From an uncultured bacterium (GTDB lineage: Bacteria > Patescibacteriota > Minisyncoccia > Phycocordibacterales > UBA11359): 42,857 nt of DNA. Below, piece by piece: positions 1 to 9,397 of this stretch; position 1 is the first letter of the stretch; the number at the start of each line of letters is the position of its first letter. Where the stretch lies: contig CAIKZC010000009.1 of assembly GCA_903831815.1 (NCBI GenBank), forward strand, positions 71,576 to 114,432, in the 5' to 3' direction. A program made the position numbers and the translations under genes. The notes under the pieces are model-generated. The model saw only the letters and a list, made by a program, of their open reading frames with translations, was not told the origin of the DNA and made no database searches.

Positions 1-93
1 ACTGCTTGGTGCGAAGCCATGTTGGCAACCCTAGATGCAGCCTGTACAAGAAGTTGCTGCTAGCAATCTCCTGCAACGCATCGATAAGTGGTT

Positions 94-127
94 GGAGACA
101 TGAAAATCCTCACATGTCTCCTTTTTT
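94..127 (+). terminator. Rho-independent terminator
   Basis: GGAGACATG-10 nt loop-CATGTCTCC followed by TTTTTT; the upstream gene is mostly outside the window. Confidence 0.7.
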
Positions 128-141
128 ACTCCGCTCAAATG

Positions 142-213
142 TGACCCTACAGAGAATCGAACTCTGATTACTGCCTTGAGAAGGCAATGTCCTAACCGTT
201 AGACGATAGGGCC
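142..213 (-). tRNA. tRNA-Glu(CTC)
   Basis: Reverse complement GGCCCTATCGTCTAACGGTTAGGACATTGCCTT-CTC-AAGGCAGTAATCAGAGTTCGATTCTCTGTAGGGTCA folds as a cloverleaf; CCA not encoded. Confidence 0.95.
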
Positions 214-279
214 GTGCGAAAAATATAACATGAAAATGTAATAAGTGAAAGAGAAGCGGAAGTGCCTTTCGAATCTCTT

Positions 280-1578
280 TTATCTTGTTGTCCACTCCTC
301 CTCTTGTCTCACCAACAGTTCACCCGCCTTATCTGGATTTAACATAATTTCTTTCACCGCCATCTCCATACGCATTGATTGAGAACCTTTTACGAGCACC
401 ACATCCCCTTCCGCGATCATATTTTGAATAAACGCGCCGGCTTCTTGCGAAGAATCGAATTGCAAAATATTTTTCTCGCTCATACCGGCGTCCTGTGCCG
501 CTTCCGCCATGCGACGAGAGCGTACGCCAACCGTAACAAAAATATCGCAACTTTTGGCGGCAAGTGTACCAATATCTTTATGTGCTTCCGAAGAATGTGC
601 TCCAAGCTCCATCATGTCTCCGAGCACCGCAATCCTGCGTTTAACTTTTGCCAAAGTTCCCAAAGTCTGAAGGGCTTCGGTTGTTGCCACCGGTGAAGCA
701 TTGTATGTATCATCAATAATCAAACTTCCTTTAATACCGTCGATCAAATGCATGCGTCCGCTTGGCGGAATATTATTTTTAAGTGCCAACTTCATTTGCT
801 CAGGATGAATTCCTTGCGCATATCCGACTGCCATGGCGGCCAGAGCCGGATAGACATGATGCTTGCCGAGAGATCCAAACAATTCTATATCAAGCGGTGT
901 GCCAGCGTAGTCAACATTAAAACCAATACCTGTGGGAAAATTGCCTTTACCGTTTTTTTCGGTCAACACTTTGTAATGACTGGCTTTTATAATTCCCCCA
1001 TCAAAGCCATAAAATATTTTTTTACTTTCCGTGTAATCACCAAAAGCGCGCACATCTTCATCGTCATAATTTAAGATCGCGATACCGGCGGGTCCAAGAG
1101 CTCGCACCAAATAAGCTTTTTCCTGAATCAGATCTTCGCGATTTTTGAAATACTCAACATGCACGGGAGTTTTACCGAAACGAGTTACAACAGAAATATC
1201 GGGCTTGAGCCACGTGGTCAATGACCGAATATCGCTGGGTCGATCGGCACCAACTTCTAAAACAAGCCATTCCGGATATTCATGCTCGGAAGCTATGAGG
1301 GAGAGTCCGTGGAACACGTTAGACAGCCAAGCAAAAGGATTATTCCAACCGTTGTCACAACCCAAGATCGTAAGCGGCACACCAATTTCGCTATTAAAAC
1401 TTTTTTCACTTTTGCGAATATGTTGACTTGATGACAAAACGGAGAAAATCGCGTCTTTGGTTGAAGTTTTACCTACACTTCCGGTGACCGTGATTATTTT
1501 AGGATGATATTTTTTAATGACTTGCCGCGCCTCTTTTTGTAATACAAAAACAATAATTTCTTTAACAAATTTTTTCAT
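280..1578 (-). CDS. murF: UDP-N-acetylmuramoyl-tripeptide--D-alanyl-D-alanine ligase
   Basis: VTGSVGKTSTK P-loop, FNSEIGVPLT, DDTYNASP, LGDMMELG, VLVKGS motifs. Confidence 0.93.
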   Translation of the reverse strand: MKKFVKEIIVFVLQKEARQVIKKYHPKIITVTGSVGKTSTKDAIFSVLSSSQHIRKSEKSFNSEIGVPLTILGCDNGWNNPFAWLSNVFHGLSLIASEHEYPEWLVLEVGADRPSDIRSLTTWLKPDISVVTRFGKTPVHVEYFKNREDLIQEKAYLVRALGPAGIAILNYDDEDVRAFGDYTESKKIFYGFDGGIIKASHYKVLTEKNGKGNFPTGIGFNVDYAGTPLDIELFGSLGKHHVYPALAAMAVGYAQGIHPEQMKLALKNNIPPSGRMHLIDGIKGSLIIDDTYNASPVATTEALQTLGTLAKVKRRIAVLGDMMELGAHSSEAHKDIGTLAAKSCDIFVTVGVRSRRMAEAAQDAGMSEKNILQFDSSQEAGAFIQNMIAEGDVVLVKGSQSMRMEMAVKEIMLNPDKAGELLVRQEEEWTTR

Positions 1579-1617
1579 GTTTAAATTGTAGCATTTTTAT
1601 CTTAAAATAGTGTAGCC

Positions 1618-3321
1618 CTATCGATCCGGCGGAATTTGGTAATAATTGATCAAGAATTTGACCGCATCAATGAATGGTTGAGTAAGAGAATGCGATGCGT
1701 ATTCGACGTCTTTTGGATATACAGTGTAAAGGAAGACAAGAAAACGAGGGTTATATGCTGGGAAATAACCAAAGAATGAATGTAAATATCTATCAGTGTA
1801 ATATCCACCTTGCGGATTGGCAATTTGAGCCGTACCTGTTTTTGCCGCAATGCTATAATTGGTTTGTTTTATCGCACCTTCAAGCAACGCTTGATCCACA
1901 ACATTGACGAGCATTTGAGTGATCGTATCGGCAGTCGATTTTTTGATGACTTGCCTACCTTGCACGATCGGAGTTGTTTTTACCAAACCATTTAGATAAT
2001 CGATCTCTTTCGTGACATGAGGAGTGACTAAAACGCCTCCGTTAGCCAAAGCCGAAAGCGCGCGTGTAATAACGATCGGTGACATGGCGATTCCCTGACC
2101 ATATGAAGCGGTAGCATGTTCAATGTCACGTGTGTTCTTTAAGTTATTGATCAAACCATGAGCTTCATTCGGCAAATCAATACCGGATTTTTCTCCTAAA
2201 CCGAAATTTTCCAAGTATTGACTGGAAAGCGTATTCCCAAGTTTACCGGCCACGTAAGCCGCGCCCATATTAAGTGATTGATTTAAAACTTGTTGCATCG
2301 GCACTACACCTCGCGCAACTCCGTCGTAGTTGCAGAACTTTTTATTATTCAAAGTTTCGCAACCTTTGTCGTTGTAAGTTGAATTTACGGTCACTACTCC
2401 GGCATCAAGTCCGGAGGCCATGGTCAAAGCTTTTACGATCGATCCCATTTCATAAACATTTTCAACGAGAGGATTATTAAATACTGTCGGGTCTTTTACG
2501 GTTTGAAAAGTATTTGGATCATAGGTCGGGTAACTTCCGAGGGCATATATTTCTCCCGTCTTCGGGTCAATAATGATCCCGCCAGTCATGACGGAATTAA
2601 ATTTTTTATTCGTTTCGGTCAACTGTTCATCTAGAAAAGATTGAACCGTCGGTTCGATCGTCGTCACAACATCACCCTCTTGATTATCCGATGAAGCTAT
2701 TGAACCAATATCAGTAAACATTTGAGCAAATGAATTGACCTGCATATTTTGAGTTGAACGTTCCAAAATAGAATCATCCGAACTTTCCAAACCGGTACGT
2801 CCAACAAGATCGTTGCCTTTAAAACCAACAAAACCTATGCTTTGTGCCGCTAGCGTAGCGCCTGGATAAAACCGCCATTGTTCTTTATATAGACCGACTC
2901 CGGGAATTTTTTGTGCGGTGATTTTATCAGCCTGCTCCGAACTCAAACGATGTGATATTTCTTCATAAGAATCGTTTGTTTTGCCTGCTTTTTGAATAAA
3001 CGAAGCATGGTCGATAGTAATGACGGTTGATAATTTTTTATAAACATCTTCGGCGTTAATAATTAGTCTTGGATTTACAGTAAGAAAAAAACCAGGCTTA
3101 TCGGTTGCCGCAAAAGTTCGCAAACCGCCTTTGTCGACAAAATATATATTACCTCGATCAAATATTGTTTGACTCGAACTAATATATTGATGATCGGCTT
3201 GTAATTTAAAGGATTGACTGTAAACAACCTGTAAAAAATACAAACGAATAATGAGAACTGCGGCACAGCAAATAATCAGGGTGGAAAATAATCGTATTCT
3301 TGTGGCAAAATTATAGCGCAT
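1618..3321 (-). CDS. ftsI: Class B penicillin-binding protein, FtsI/PBP3-like
   Basis: N-terminal TM, RGNIY, SxxK (GSIVK), SLN, KTG motifs; follows mraZ-rsmH-ftsL. Confidence 0.85.
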   Translation of the reverse strand: MRYNFATRIRLFSTLIICCAAVLIIRLYFLQVVYSQSFKLQADHQYISSSQTIFDRGNIYFVDKGGLRTFAATDKPGFFLTVNPRLIINAEDVYKKLSTVITIDHASFIQKAGKTNDSYEEISHRLSSEQADKITAQKIPGVGLYKEQWRFYPGATLAAQSIGFVGFKGNDLVGRTGLESSDDSILERSTQNMQVNSFAQMFTDIGSIASSDNQEGDVVTTIEPTVQSFLDEQLTETNKKFNSVMTGGIIIDPKTGEIYALGSYPTYDPNTFQTVKDPTVFNNPLVENVYEMGSIVKALTMASGLDAGVVTVNSTYNDKGCETLNNKKFCNYDGVARGVVPMQQVLNQSLNMGAAYVAGKLGNTLSSQYLENFGLGEKSGIDLPNEAHGLINNLKNTRDIEHATASYGQGIAMSPIVITRALSALANGGVLVTPHVTKEIDYLNGLVKTTPIVQGRQVIKKSTADTITQMLVNVVDQALLEGAIKQTNYSIAAKTGTAQIANPQGGYYTDRYLHSFFGYFPAYNPRFLVFLYTVYPKDVEYASHSLTQPFIDAVKFLINYYQIPPDR

Positions 3322-3631
3322 TTAAAGACAGAGTGCTGTTTACTGGTTTTTGAACGATAAAAATTTGTTGTTTAGAAGCATCTAGGAAACCTTGAGAATA
3401 AGCAAAATCGAGCGTAATCTTGTTCTTTAGACTAACATATTGTGATTCGAGATCACCAATAGAAGCGGAGCTGTTGGCAAGGGTTTTTTCGGCATTTGTG
3501 GCCGCCACAACGTTAAAAACCGTTCGATTTACGGCATAGATATAACCGCCGGCTAACATAATATTTAGGGAAAGCAGCATCCAGACGATCGGTATTTTAA
3601 AATTTTGAATTTTGTTAAATAGGTTTTTCAT
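3311..3631 (-). CDS. FtsL-like single-TM coiled-coil protein
   Basis: One TM plus coiled coil and AYSQGF motif; located between rsmH and ftsI. Confidence 0.6.
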   Translation of the reverse strand: MKNLFNKIQNFKIPIVWMLLSLNIMLAGGYIYAVNRTVFNVVAATNAEKTLANSSASIGDLESQYVSLKNKITLDFAYSQGFLDASKQQIFIVQKPVNSTLSLNAL

Positions 3632-3633
3632 AT

Positions 3634-4518
3634 TTAAATTTTTTCTATGATTCTTAATTTCGCGCTTCGTGATCTTGGGTTCTCTGCAACTTCCTGCGGG
3701 CTCGGGGTAATCGGTTTCTTATTAATCAGCTTCCCCTCGCCCGCCACCGCCTTCTCCTTAAAAAATCTTTTGACAATTCTATCTTCCAAACTATGAAAAG
3801 AAATTAGCGCCATTCGTCCGCCGGGTTTTAATTTCGCAAAAGCTTTCGGTAGTGCTTCTTTAATAGCCCCGAGCTCATCGTTGACCGCAATGCGGATTGC
3901 CTGAAATGTTTTGGTAGCCGGATTTATTTTTTTGAAACCAAATTTTGGAACGGCGCTTGCAATAATTTCCGCGAGCTGCTCGGTTGTTTCAATCGCCCGG
4001 ATTTCCCGCGCCGTCACAATAGCTTTGGCAATACGTCGAGCAAATCGGTCTTCACCATAAGCGTAGATGATATCGGCTAGCGTTTGTTCGGCCCAGGTAT
4101 TTACAATTTCGTAAGCGGTGATATCGGTCGACAACAAATCTTTCTTCATGGTCATGAGCAGCGGTTCACTCGTTTTGAAACTAAAACCTCGTCCGGATCC
4201 TTCAATCTGATCTGAACTAAGTCCGAGGTCAAAAAGAATTCCATCGACTTGCTCCACTCCGGCTTGATCCAAAACTTTATCTAAATTACGAAAATTTTCT
4301 TGAAAGAAGCTGGCGTTAAGCGATTTGATATTTTGTTTTGCCCGAGTGATCGCATCTGCGTCAACATCGATACCGATTACGCGAACATCTCCATTAAGTT
4401 TTTCCAAAACCAACTGACTGTGTCCGCCGGCATTGAGTGTCGCATCAACAAAAACGGATCCCGGTTTGAGATTTAGTCCATCTACTGATTCATGTAAAAG
4501 AACAGTTGTGTGTGCCAT
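3634..4518 (-). CDS. rsmH: 16S rRNA m4C1402 methyltransferase
   Basis: HTTVLLHE, DATLNAGGHS, DLGLSSDQ, FQAIRIAVNDEL, ISFHSLEDRIVK, NPRSRSAKLR. Confidence 0.97.
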   Translation of the reverse strand: MAHTTVLLHESVDGLNLKPGSVFVDATLNAGGHSQLVLEKLNGDVRVIGIDVDADAITRAKQNIKSLNASFFQENFRNLDKVLDQAGVEQVDGILFDLGLSSDQIEGSGRGFSFKTSEPLLMTMKKDLLSTDITAYEIVNTWAEQTLADIIYAYGEDRFARRIAKAIVTAREIRAIETTEQLAEIIASAVPKFGFKKINPATKTFQAIRIAVNDELGAIKEALPKAFAKLKPGGRMALISFHSLEDRIVKRFFKEKAVAGEGKLINKKPITPSPQEVAENPRSRSAKLRIIEKI

Positions 4519-4521
4519 AAA

Positions 4522-4956
4522 TTAGATCATGCCAATTTCCCCCAGTTTTTCGGCCAAATTATCGGCTTCGATCTCGACTTTTCCTTTGTAAGCCGCCCAA
4601 CGAGTTTCATCCCAAATTTCCACTCGATTGTGCATGCCGGCAAAGACGACCCTCTCTCCCAATCCGGCGAACTTTTTTAAAAAATCCGGAATGAGAATAC
4701 GACCGACACTGTCCACTTCAACTTCAGCGGCGCCGGCGAGCATAAAACGATTAAGCCCGCGACTGCCCGACTGACCAACACTGAGACTCGCCAATTTCTC
4801 CGAAAACTTTTCCCATTCTTTTAAGGGATAAAGGAAAAGACATGTATCGAGACCGCGAGTCACCACAATATGCTTGCCAACTTGATTGCGAAATCGCACC
4901 GGCAGTGAGATTCGGTTTTTTTCGTCGACTGTATGGATATATTCACCGATAAGCAT
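4522..4956 (-). CDS. mraZ: Division/cell wall cluster transcriptional regulator MraZ
   Basis: GEYIHTVDEKNRISLP, DSVGRILIP, RVEIWD. Confidence 0.97.
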   Translation of the reverse strand: MLIGEYIHTVDEKNRISLPVRFRNQVGKHIVVTRGLDTCLFLYPLKEWEKFSEKLASLSVGQSGSRGLNRFMLAGAAEVEVDSVGRILIPDFLKKFAGLGERVVFAGMHNRVEIWDETRWAAYKGKVEIEADNLAEKLGEIGMI

Positions 4957-4968
4957 ATTTTTTGATTT

Positions 4969-5004
4969 ACCACTTCATCCCACTTACTTACCATTTTATC
5001 CCAC
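4969..5004 (-). promoter_or_regulatory. MraZ-binding repeats
   Basis: Minus strand GTGGG-ataaa-ATGGT-aagtaa-GTGGG-atgaa-GTGGT, 10-11 bp period, just upstream of mraZ; matches known MraZ GTGG/TGGG boxes. Confidence 0.75.
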
Positions 5005-5028
5005 TTTGCAACAAAAGTACAACAAAAG

Positions 5029-5037
5029 TTATCCACA
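5029..5037 (+). promoter_or_regulatory. DnaA box
   Basis: Perfect TTATCCACA in the mraZ promoter region. Confidence 0.5.
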
Positions 5038-5062
5038 GTTTTGTGAATTTTTCCGGCGCAAC

Positions 5063-5090
5063 AAAAAAGCCTGCAACTACAGGCTTTTTT
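5063..5090 (-). terminator. Terminator after greA
   Basis: AAAAAAGCCTG-caacta-CAGGCTTTTTT. Confidence 0.8.
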
Positions 5091-5111
5091 GTACATTTTT
5101 AGCAGTTTTTC

Positions 5112-5579
5112 TTATGCCGTATCCACTATAGTATAAGGGATTATCCCCTTTGGACTCTTGAAGTCAAAAGTCTGTCCTTTTTTCTTGCCCATTAGCTCTG
5201 CGCCTAATGGAGAAGTATAAGAAAGTTTTCCGGAACTTAAGTCGGCCTCTTCGCTACTCACGATTGTATATTCAGAATCTTCTTTTGTGTTTTCTTTTCG
5301 TAAAACTATTTTCGAACCGATAGTTACGACATCAACGGTATGACCGGAAACAATGAGTGCATTCTTGAGGATGGACTCGATCTTATTGATACGATCTTCA
5401 ATATTGGATTGCGCTTCGCGAGCTTCTTGATATTCCGCATTTTCGGAAAGATCACCCAAAGATTTTGCATATTCGAGATCTTGCGCAATTTCTTTACGTC
5501 TAACGGTCTTCAAATTTTCGAGCTCGGAACTTAGAGCGCTAAATTTCTCTTTAGTTAAATATGTATTTTCCTGATTCAT
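5112..5579 (-). CDS. greA: Transcription elongation factor GreA
   Basis: LGDLSENAEYQEA, SPLGAELMGKKKG; sigma70-type TTGACA...TACAAT promoter upstream. Confidence 0.97.
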   Translation of the reverse strand: MNQENTYLTKEKFSALSSELENLKTVRRKEIAQDLEYAKSLGDLSENAEYQEAREAQSNIEDRINKIESILKNALIVSGHTVDVVTIGSKIVLRKENTKEDSEYTIVSSEEADLSSGKLSYTSPLGAELMGKKKGQTFDFKSPKGIIPYTIVDTA

Positions 5580-5644
5580 ACAAATACTTAGTTAATTTGT
5601 GTAGGGGTCATTGTAACAGACGACAATATATTGTCAACCAATTT

Positions 5645-7315
5645 TTATTTTAAATATTGCGGAGTGTTTTGAGACATCCAATCCAGCAAGCCCCGCATAA
5701 CGAAAATCGATCCCGTTAAATTGTCGCGCGATCCTTTTTCCATAATCACGGCGTAAGCAAAACGCGGATTTTCATAAGGAAAGAATCCTGTAGCCCAGGA
5801 GTTGACTAGAGCTTTACTAACACCAAGTTCAGCCGTACCGGTCTTGTTAGCAACGTCGACATACGGAACATTTAGCGCCACGGAAATTCCATCAGTCACA
5901 CCTAGCCTCATTCCCTGCTGAACCACATCAAAGTTTTTTTGATCGATTGGTACGGCAGTTTTTTGAACCGGCTGACCGACGAAAATCGTAGGCTCAAGAA
6001 GCGAACCTTTATTAGCAACTGCGGCAACAGCTCGCACCACTTGAATTGGTGTCACCTGAAAACCGTACTGACCGATGGCGGTATGATATGTGTCACCTAA
6101 CCTCCACGCCTCGCCGTCAAAGTTTGCCGCTTTCCACTGTGGGGTCGGAATCGTTCCTACTTTATCATTAAAAAATCCATTTCCGACATCCCCGCCAAAA
6201 CCAAAAAGTTTCAGGTACGAATCGATGGCATTTATCCCCAAACCTTTTTGATCACCAAATCCCCCGCCGACCGTGTAAAAATAAATGTCTGAAGACATGG
6301 CCAACGCATGTCGCATATCCATGAGCCCGAGCGGTTTCCAATCTCGAAAAACGGAACTCAATTCCGGATAATATGGATTTGGAATAGTGATCGAACCGGT
6401 GCTCATTATTTGTTTGGCTGGATCAATTATTTTTTCTTGCAAAGCCGCGAGCGCCATATAGGGTTTTACGATCGAACCGGGAGTGTAAAGTCCGGAAACC
6501 ACTTTATCCAAAAAAGGATGGTTGGTATCTTTATTATACGCATTGATTGCTTTACTATTATCGCCATCCGTCATGATCTGAGAACTAAACTCTGGATAAC
6601 TGGTCATGGCTAAAATTTCTCCGGTATGAACATCCATAATAACGCCGGCACCTCCGGTAAAACCGACTTTGGCGGCCAGATCGCCTATTTGTCTATACAA
6701 TTCGTTTTGCAAAGAAGCGTCTATGGAAAGGGTCAGATTTTTACCGTTGACAGGCAGATCAATTATGCTACTTGATTGAATATTTCCGGCGGCATTGGTC
6801 TCAACGATTCGTAAACCGTTCGTTCCGGCCAGATCGGAGTCATAAAAACCTTCCACCCCATCCACGCCTCCGAGCTGTTCTCGATAATAAAAACCCGATG
6901 AATCTTTGGTCGGATATTTCACGTATCCGAGAATATGCGAGAGTCCCAATAGATCGACATATTTTCTTAAAGAAAAATTATTATCCTCTTCATTCGGAAC
7001 ATTCCAAGCGAGCAATGTGTGATTGCGGTCGTAAATCAGTCCACGTTCGGCAAAAACCGGAGTTTGACGCAAACGGTTGTTTTCAGCCTTTTGATTATTT
7101 GTGTCACCGTGCACTATCTGCAAATAACAAAGTCTCGTGACGAAAGAAATCAAAACTATCAAAAAGAATGTTCCGATAAAAATAATCGAACGAAGCTGAA
7201 TAGGTTTTTCCAACCGACCTTCAAATTGATTGCGATCAAATTCGGGCAAATTGCTCGAGTCCAGAAAAATTTCGTCCGGCTCAATGGTGGAATTGTTTAA
7301 AAGCTTTTTTGCCAT
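5645..7315 (-). CDS. mrdA: Penicillin-binding protein 2 (elongasome transpeptidase)
   Basis: ERGLIYDRN, PGSIVK, SSDIYFY, KTGTAE; downstream of mreBC. Confidence 0.9.
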   Translation of the reverse strand: MAKKLLNNSTIEPDEIFLDSSNLPEFDRNQFEGRLEKPIQLRSIIFIGTFFLIVLISFVTRLCYLQIVHGDTNNQKAENNRLRQTPVFAERGLIYDRNHTLLAWNVPNEEDNNFSLRKYVDLLGLSHILGYVKYPTKDSSGFYYREQLGGVDGVEGFYDSDLAGTNGLRIVETNAAGNIQSSSIIDLPVNGKNLTLSIDASLQNELYRQIGDLAAKVGFTGGAGVIMDVHTGEILAMTSYPEFSSQIMTDGDNSKAINAYNKDTNHPFLDKVVSGLYTPGSIVKPYMALAALQEKIIDPAKQIMSTGSITIPNPYYPELSSVFRDWKPLGLMDMRHALAMSSDIYFYTVGGGFGDQKGLGINAIDSYLKLFGFGGDVGNGFFNDKVGTIPTPQWKAANFDGEAWRLGDTYHTAIGQYGFQVTPIQVVRAVAAVANKGSLLEPTIFVGQPVQKTAVPIDQKNFDVVQQGMRLGVTDGISVALNVPYVDVANKTGTAELGVSKALVNSWATGFFPYENPRFAYAVIMEKGSRDNLTGSIFVMRGLLDWMSQNTPQYLK

Positions 7316-7587
7316 AGATCTTTACGAACTTTTGATTTCAAAAATATTAAAATCGCGAAAATGACCAATGCGATCAATGAATAAAATAATTCCAAACCGA
7401 ATATTCTTTCGCGAGGTGCGGCGTAAACCACATCGAAAGCAAAAGCGGCCAACGGAAATTCGACAAATCTTTTGAAATACCAAACGCAAAAAATACCCGC
7501 AAGAAAAACGAGCCACCATGCGCCAAGTAAGGCGGACACAAATAAAATAATATCTAAAATTATCCTGAGAAGTAATATATTTTTCAT
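7297..7587 (-). CDS. Small membrane protein at the mreD position
   Basis: 96 aa, mostly hydrophobic, between mreC and pbp2. Confidence 0.6.
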   Translation of the reverse strand: MKNILLLRIILDIILFVSALLGAWWLVFLAGIFCVWYFKRFVEFPLAAFAFDVVYAAPRERIFGLELFYSLIALVIFAILIFLKSKVRKDLWQKSF

Positions 7588-8355
7588 TTAAATATTTCTA
7601 TCGATCTGAACAAAATGCAATTGACTTATGTTTACCGGCAAAGTAAATCGCAAATAAATAAACGGTTCGTTTTCATTGGAAGAAATGTTTTCAACGTGAC
7701 CGAAGATTTCAGCCCCGATGCTCGGCGCGGAGATCGGATCACCCTCGGCCACAAGTGAGCCTTTCGGCAATTTGATCAAAAAATTTCCATTACCTCGCGC
7801 TTCGGCCACAGTTTGAATATTTTTACCAAGATTGACGTTTATTTTTTGTCCGGAAGAAGAATAGAATTCCACGACGGAAGAATGTACATTAACCGAACTT
7901 ACCACTCCGATCGGCACGTACCCGAGAGCCAAAACCGTATCTCCGACCGCCACTTTATCACTCGAGCCGACATCAACGATCGCCGTGTCGTAAAGCGACA
8001 TGGGTGGTTTTGACAATACGGTCGCCAAGACCGTCGAATTATTGCTGTGTCGCCCTAATAAATCTTTTAGATCTGAATTTTCTTGGACCAAAAGTTTATC
8101 CCGATCGATCGCGACCTGCACTTCGGCCAATTGATCTTTAAGTTGTTGATTTTCGGAAACTATTGAATTTTTACTTGTTAACGAGCCAAAAGTCGCTGCA
8201 CCAATATCGCTGACATAAGTGCCGACTTTAATAAGCGGAATCGAAACAAACAATCCGCCGAACTGTATTATGACTGCCACGACCAAAACACCAATCACTG
8301 TCCACGAGTAAATCCAAACTTTATTTCTAGATTTGGGGCGGCGTATCGTCTTCAT
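7588..8355 (-). CDS. mreC: Rod shape-determining protein MreC
   Basis: TM, coiled coil (ENSDLKDLLG), VDVGSSDKVAVGD; follows mreB. Confidence 0.88.
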   Translation of the reverse strand: MKTIRRPKSRNKVWIYSWTVIGVLVVAVIIQFGGLFVSIPLIKVGTYVSDIGAATFGSLTSKNSIVSENQQLKDQLAEVQVAIDRDKLLVQENSDLKDLLGRHSNNSTVLATVLSKPPMSLYDTAIVDVGSSDKVAVGDTVLALGYVPIGVVSSVNVHSSVVEFYSSSGQKINVNLGKNIQTVAEARGNGNFLIKLPKGSLVAEGDPISAPSIGAEIFGHVENISSNENEPFIYLRFTLPVNISQLHFVQIDRNI

Positions 8356-9388
8356 TAACTAACAGTATATCATTATATTTTTCAATGTCCTCTAAAATGA
8401 CACCGGTGCCGCGAGCTACGGCAGTAAGAGGATCTTCGGCAATGTGAACAGGTAAGCCTAAATGATCATGCAAAATGGTATCCAAACCGACTATAAGAGC
8501 GCCTCCTCCAGTCAAATAAACACCACGTTGCATGACGTCAGAGACAACTTCAGGCGGAGTAGTTTCCAAAACTTCTTTGGCGGCATCGAGCAATGTCGCG
8601 ATAGACTGTCCGATTGCTTCACGGATGTCGGTTTCGGTAATGACTACCTCGCGCGGCAAACCGGTAATGAGATCGCGTCCTTTGACCACCGCCTCTTTAG
8701 GGGTGTGGTTTGGCAAAACCGAACCGATGGATATTTTAATTTGCTCGGCAGTTTTTTCGCCGATTAAAATTTTAAATTCACTGCGAATGTAAGCAATGAT
8801 GTCGCTATTTAATCTGTCGCCGGCAATGCGCAGATTTTTTGAACGCACCACACCACCGAGTGAAATGATGGCGATGTCGGAAGTGCCGCCGCCGATATCG
8901 ATGATCATAGTGCCAACCGGTTCGTGAACGGGTAAATGTATTCCGATGGCGGCGGCCATTGGTTCTTCGACGATATGGACTTGACGCGCGCCGGCGTTGC
9001 GCGTTGCGTCACGCACGGCGCGCGTCTCCACGTTTGTGATACCGGAAGGAACACCAACCACTACGCGCGGTCCCAACATTTTCTTGGAAATTTTTTGCGC
9101 TTTATTAATTAAATAAGTGATCATTTCTTCCGTCACTTCAAAATCGGAAATAACTCCATCAACGAGTGGTCGAACGGCTTTTATATGTCCGGGTGTGCGG
9201 CCGATCATATCTTTAGCTTGAGCGCCAACAGCCACCACTTGCCCAGTTTTTTGATTGACTGCGACTACCGAAGGCTCATTAATGACAATTCCATGTCCGC
9301 GCAAATATACCAAGGTGTTGGCTGTACCAAGGTCAATACCTATATCGTTGGAGAACATTTTGTAGAATCGGTCTAAGGGATTTTTCAT
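8327..9388 (-). CDS. mreB: Rod shape-determining protein MreB
   Basis: GIDLGTANT, EPSVVA, IDIGGGT, LTGGGA, PLTAVARG. Confidence 0.97.
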   Translation of the reverse strand: MKNPLDRFYKMFSNDIGIDLGTANTLVYLRGHGIVINEPSVVAVNQKTGQVVAVGAQAKDMIGRTPGHIKAVRPLVDGVISDFEVTEEMITYLINKAQKISKKMLGPRVVVGVPSGITNVETRAVRDATRNAGARQVHIVEEPMAAAIGIHLPVHEPVGTMIIDIGGGTSDIAIISLGGVVRSKNLRIAGDRLNSDIIAYIRSEFKILIGEKTAEQIKISIGSVLPNHTPKEAVVKGRDLITGLPREVVITETDIREAIGQSIATLLDAAKEVLETTPPEVVSDVMQRGVYLTGGGALIVGLDTILHDHLGLPVHIAEDPLTAVARGTGVILEDIEKYNDILLVNEDDTPPQI

Positions 9389-9397
9389 TACGGTTTT

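Noticed and set aside
110-295. 61-aa minus-strand ORF
   Set aside because: Overlaps tRNA-Glu and a terminator; spurious
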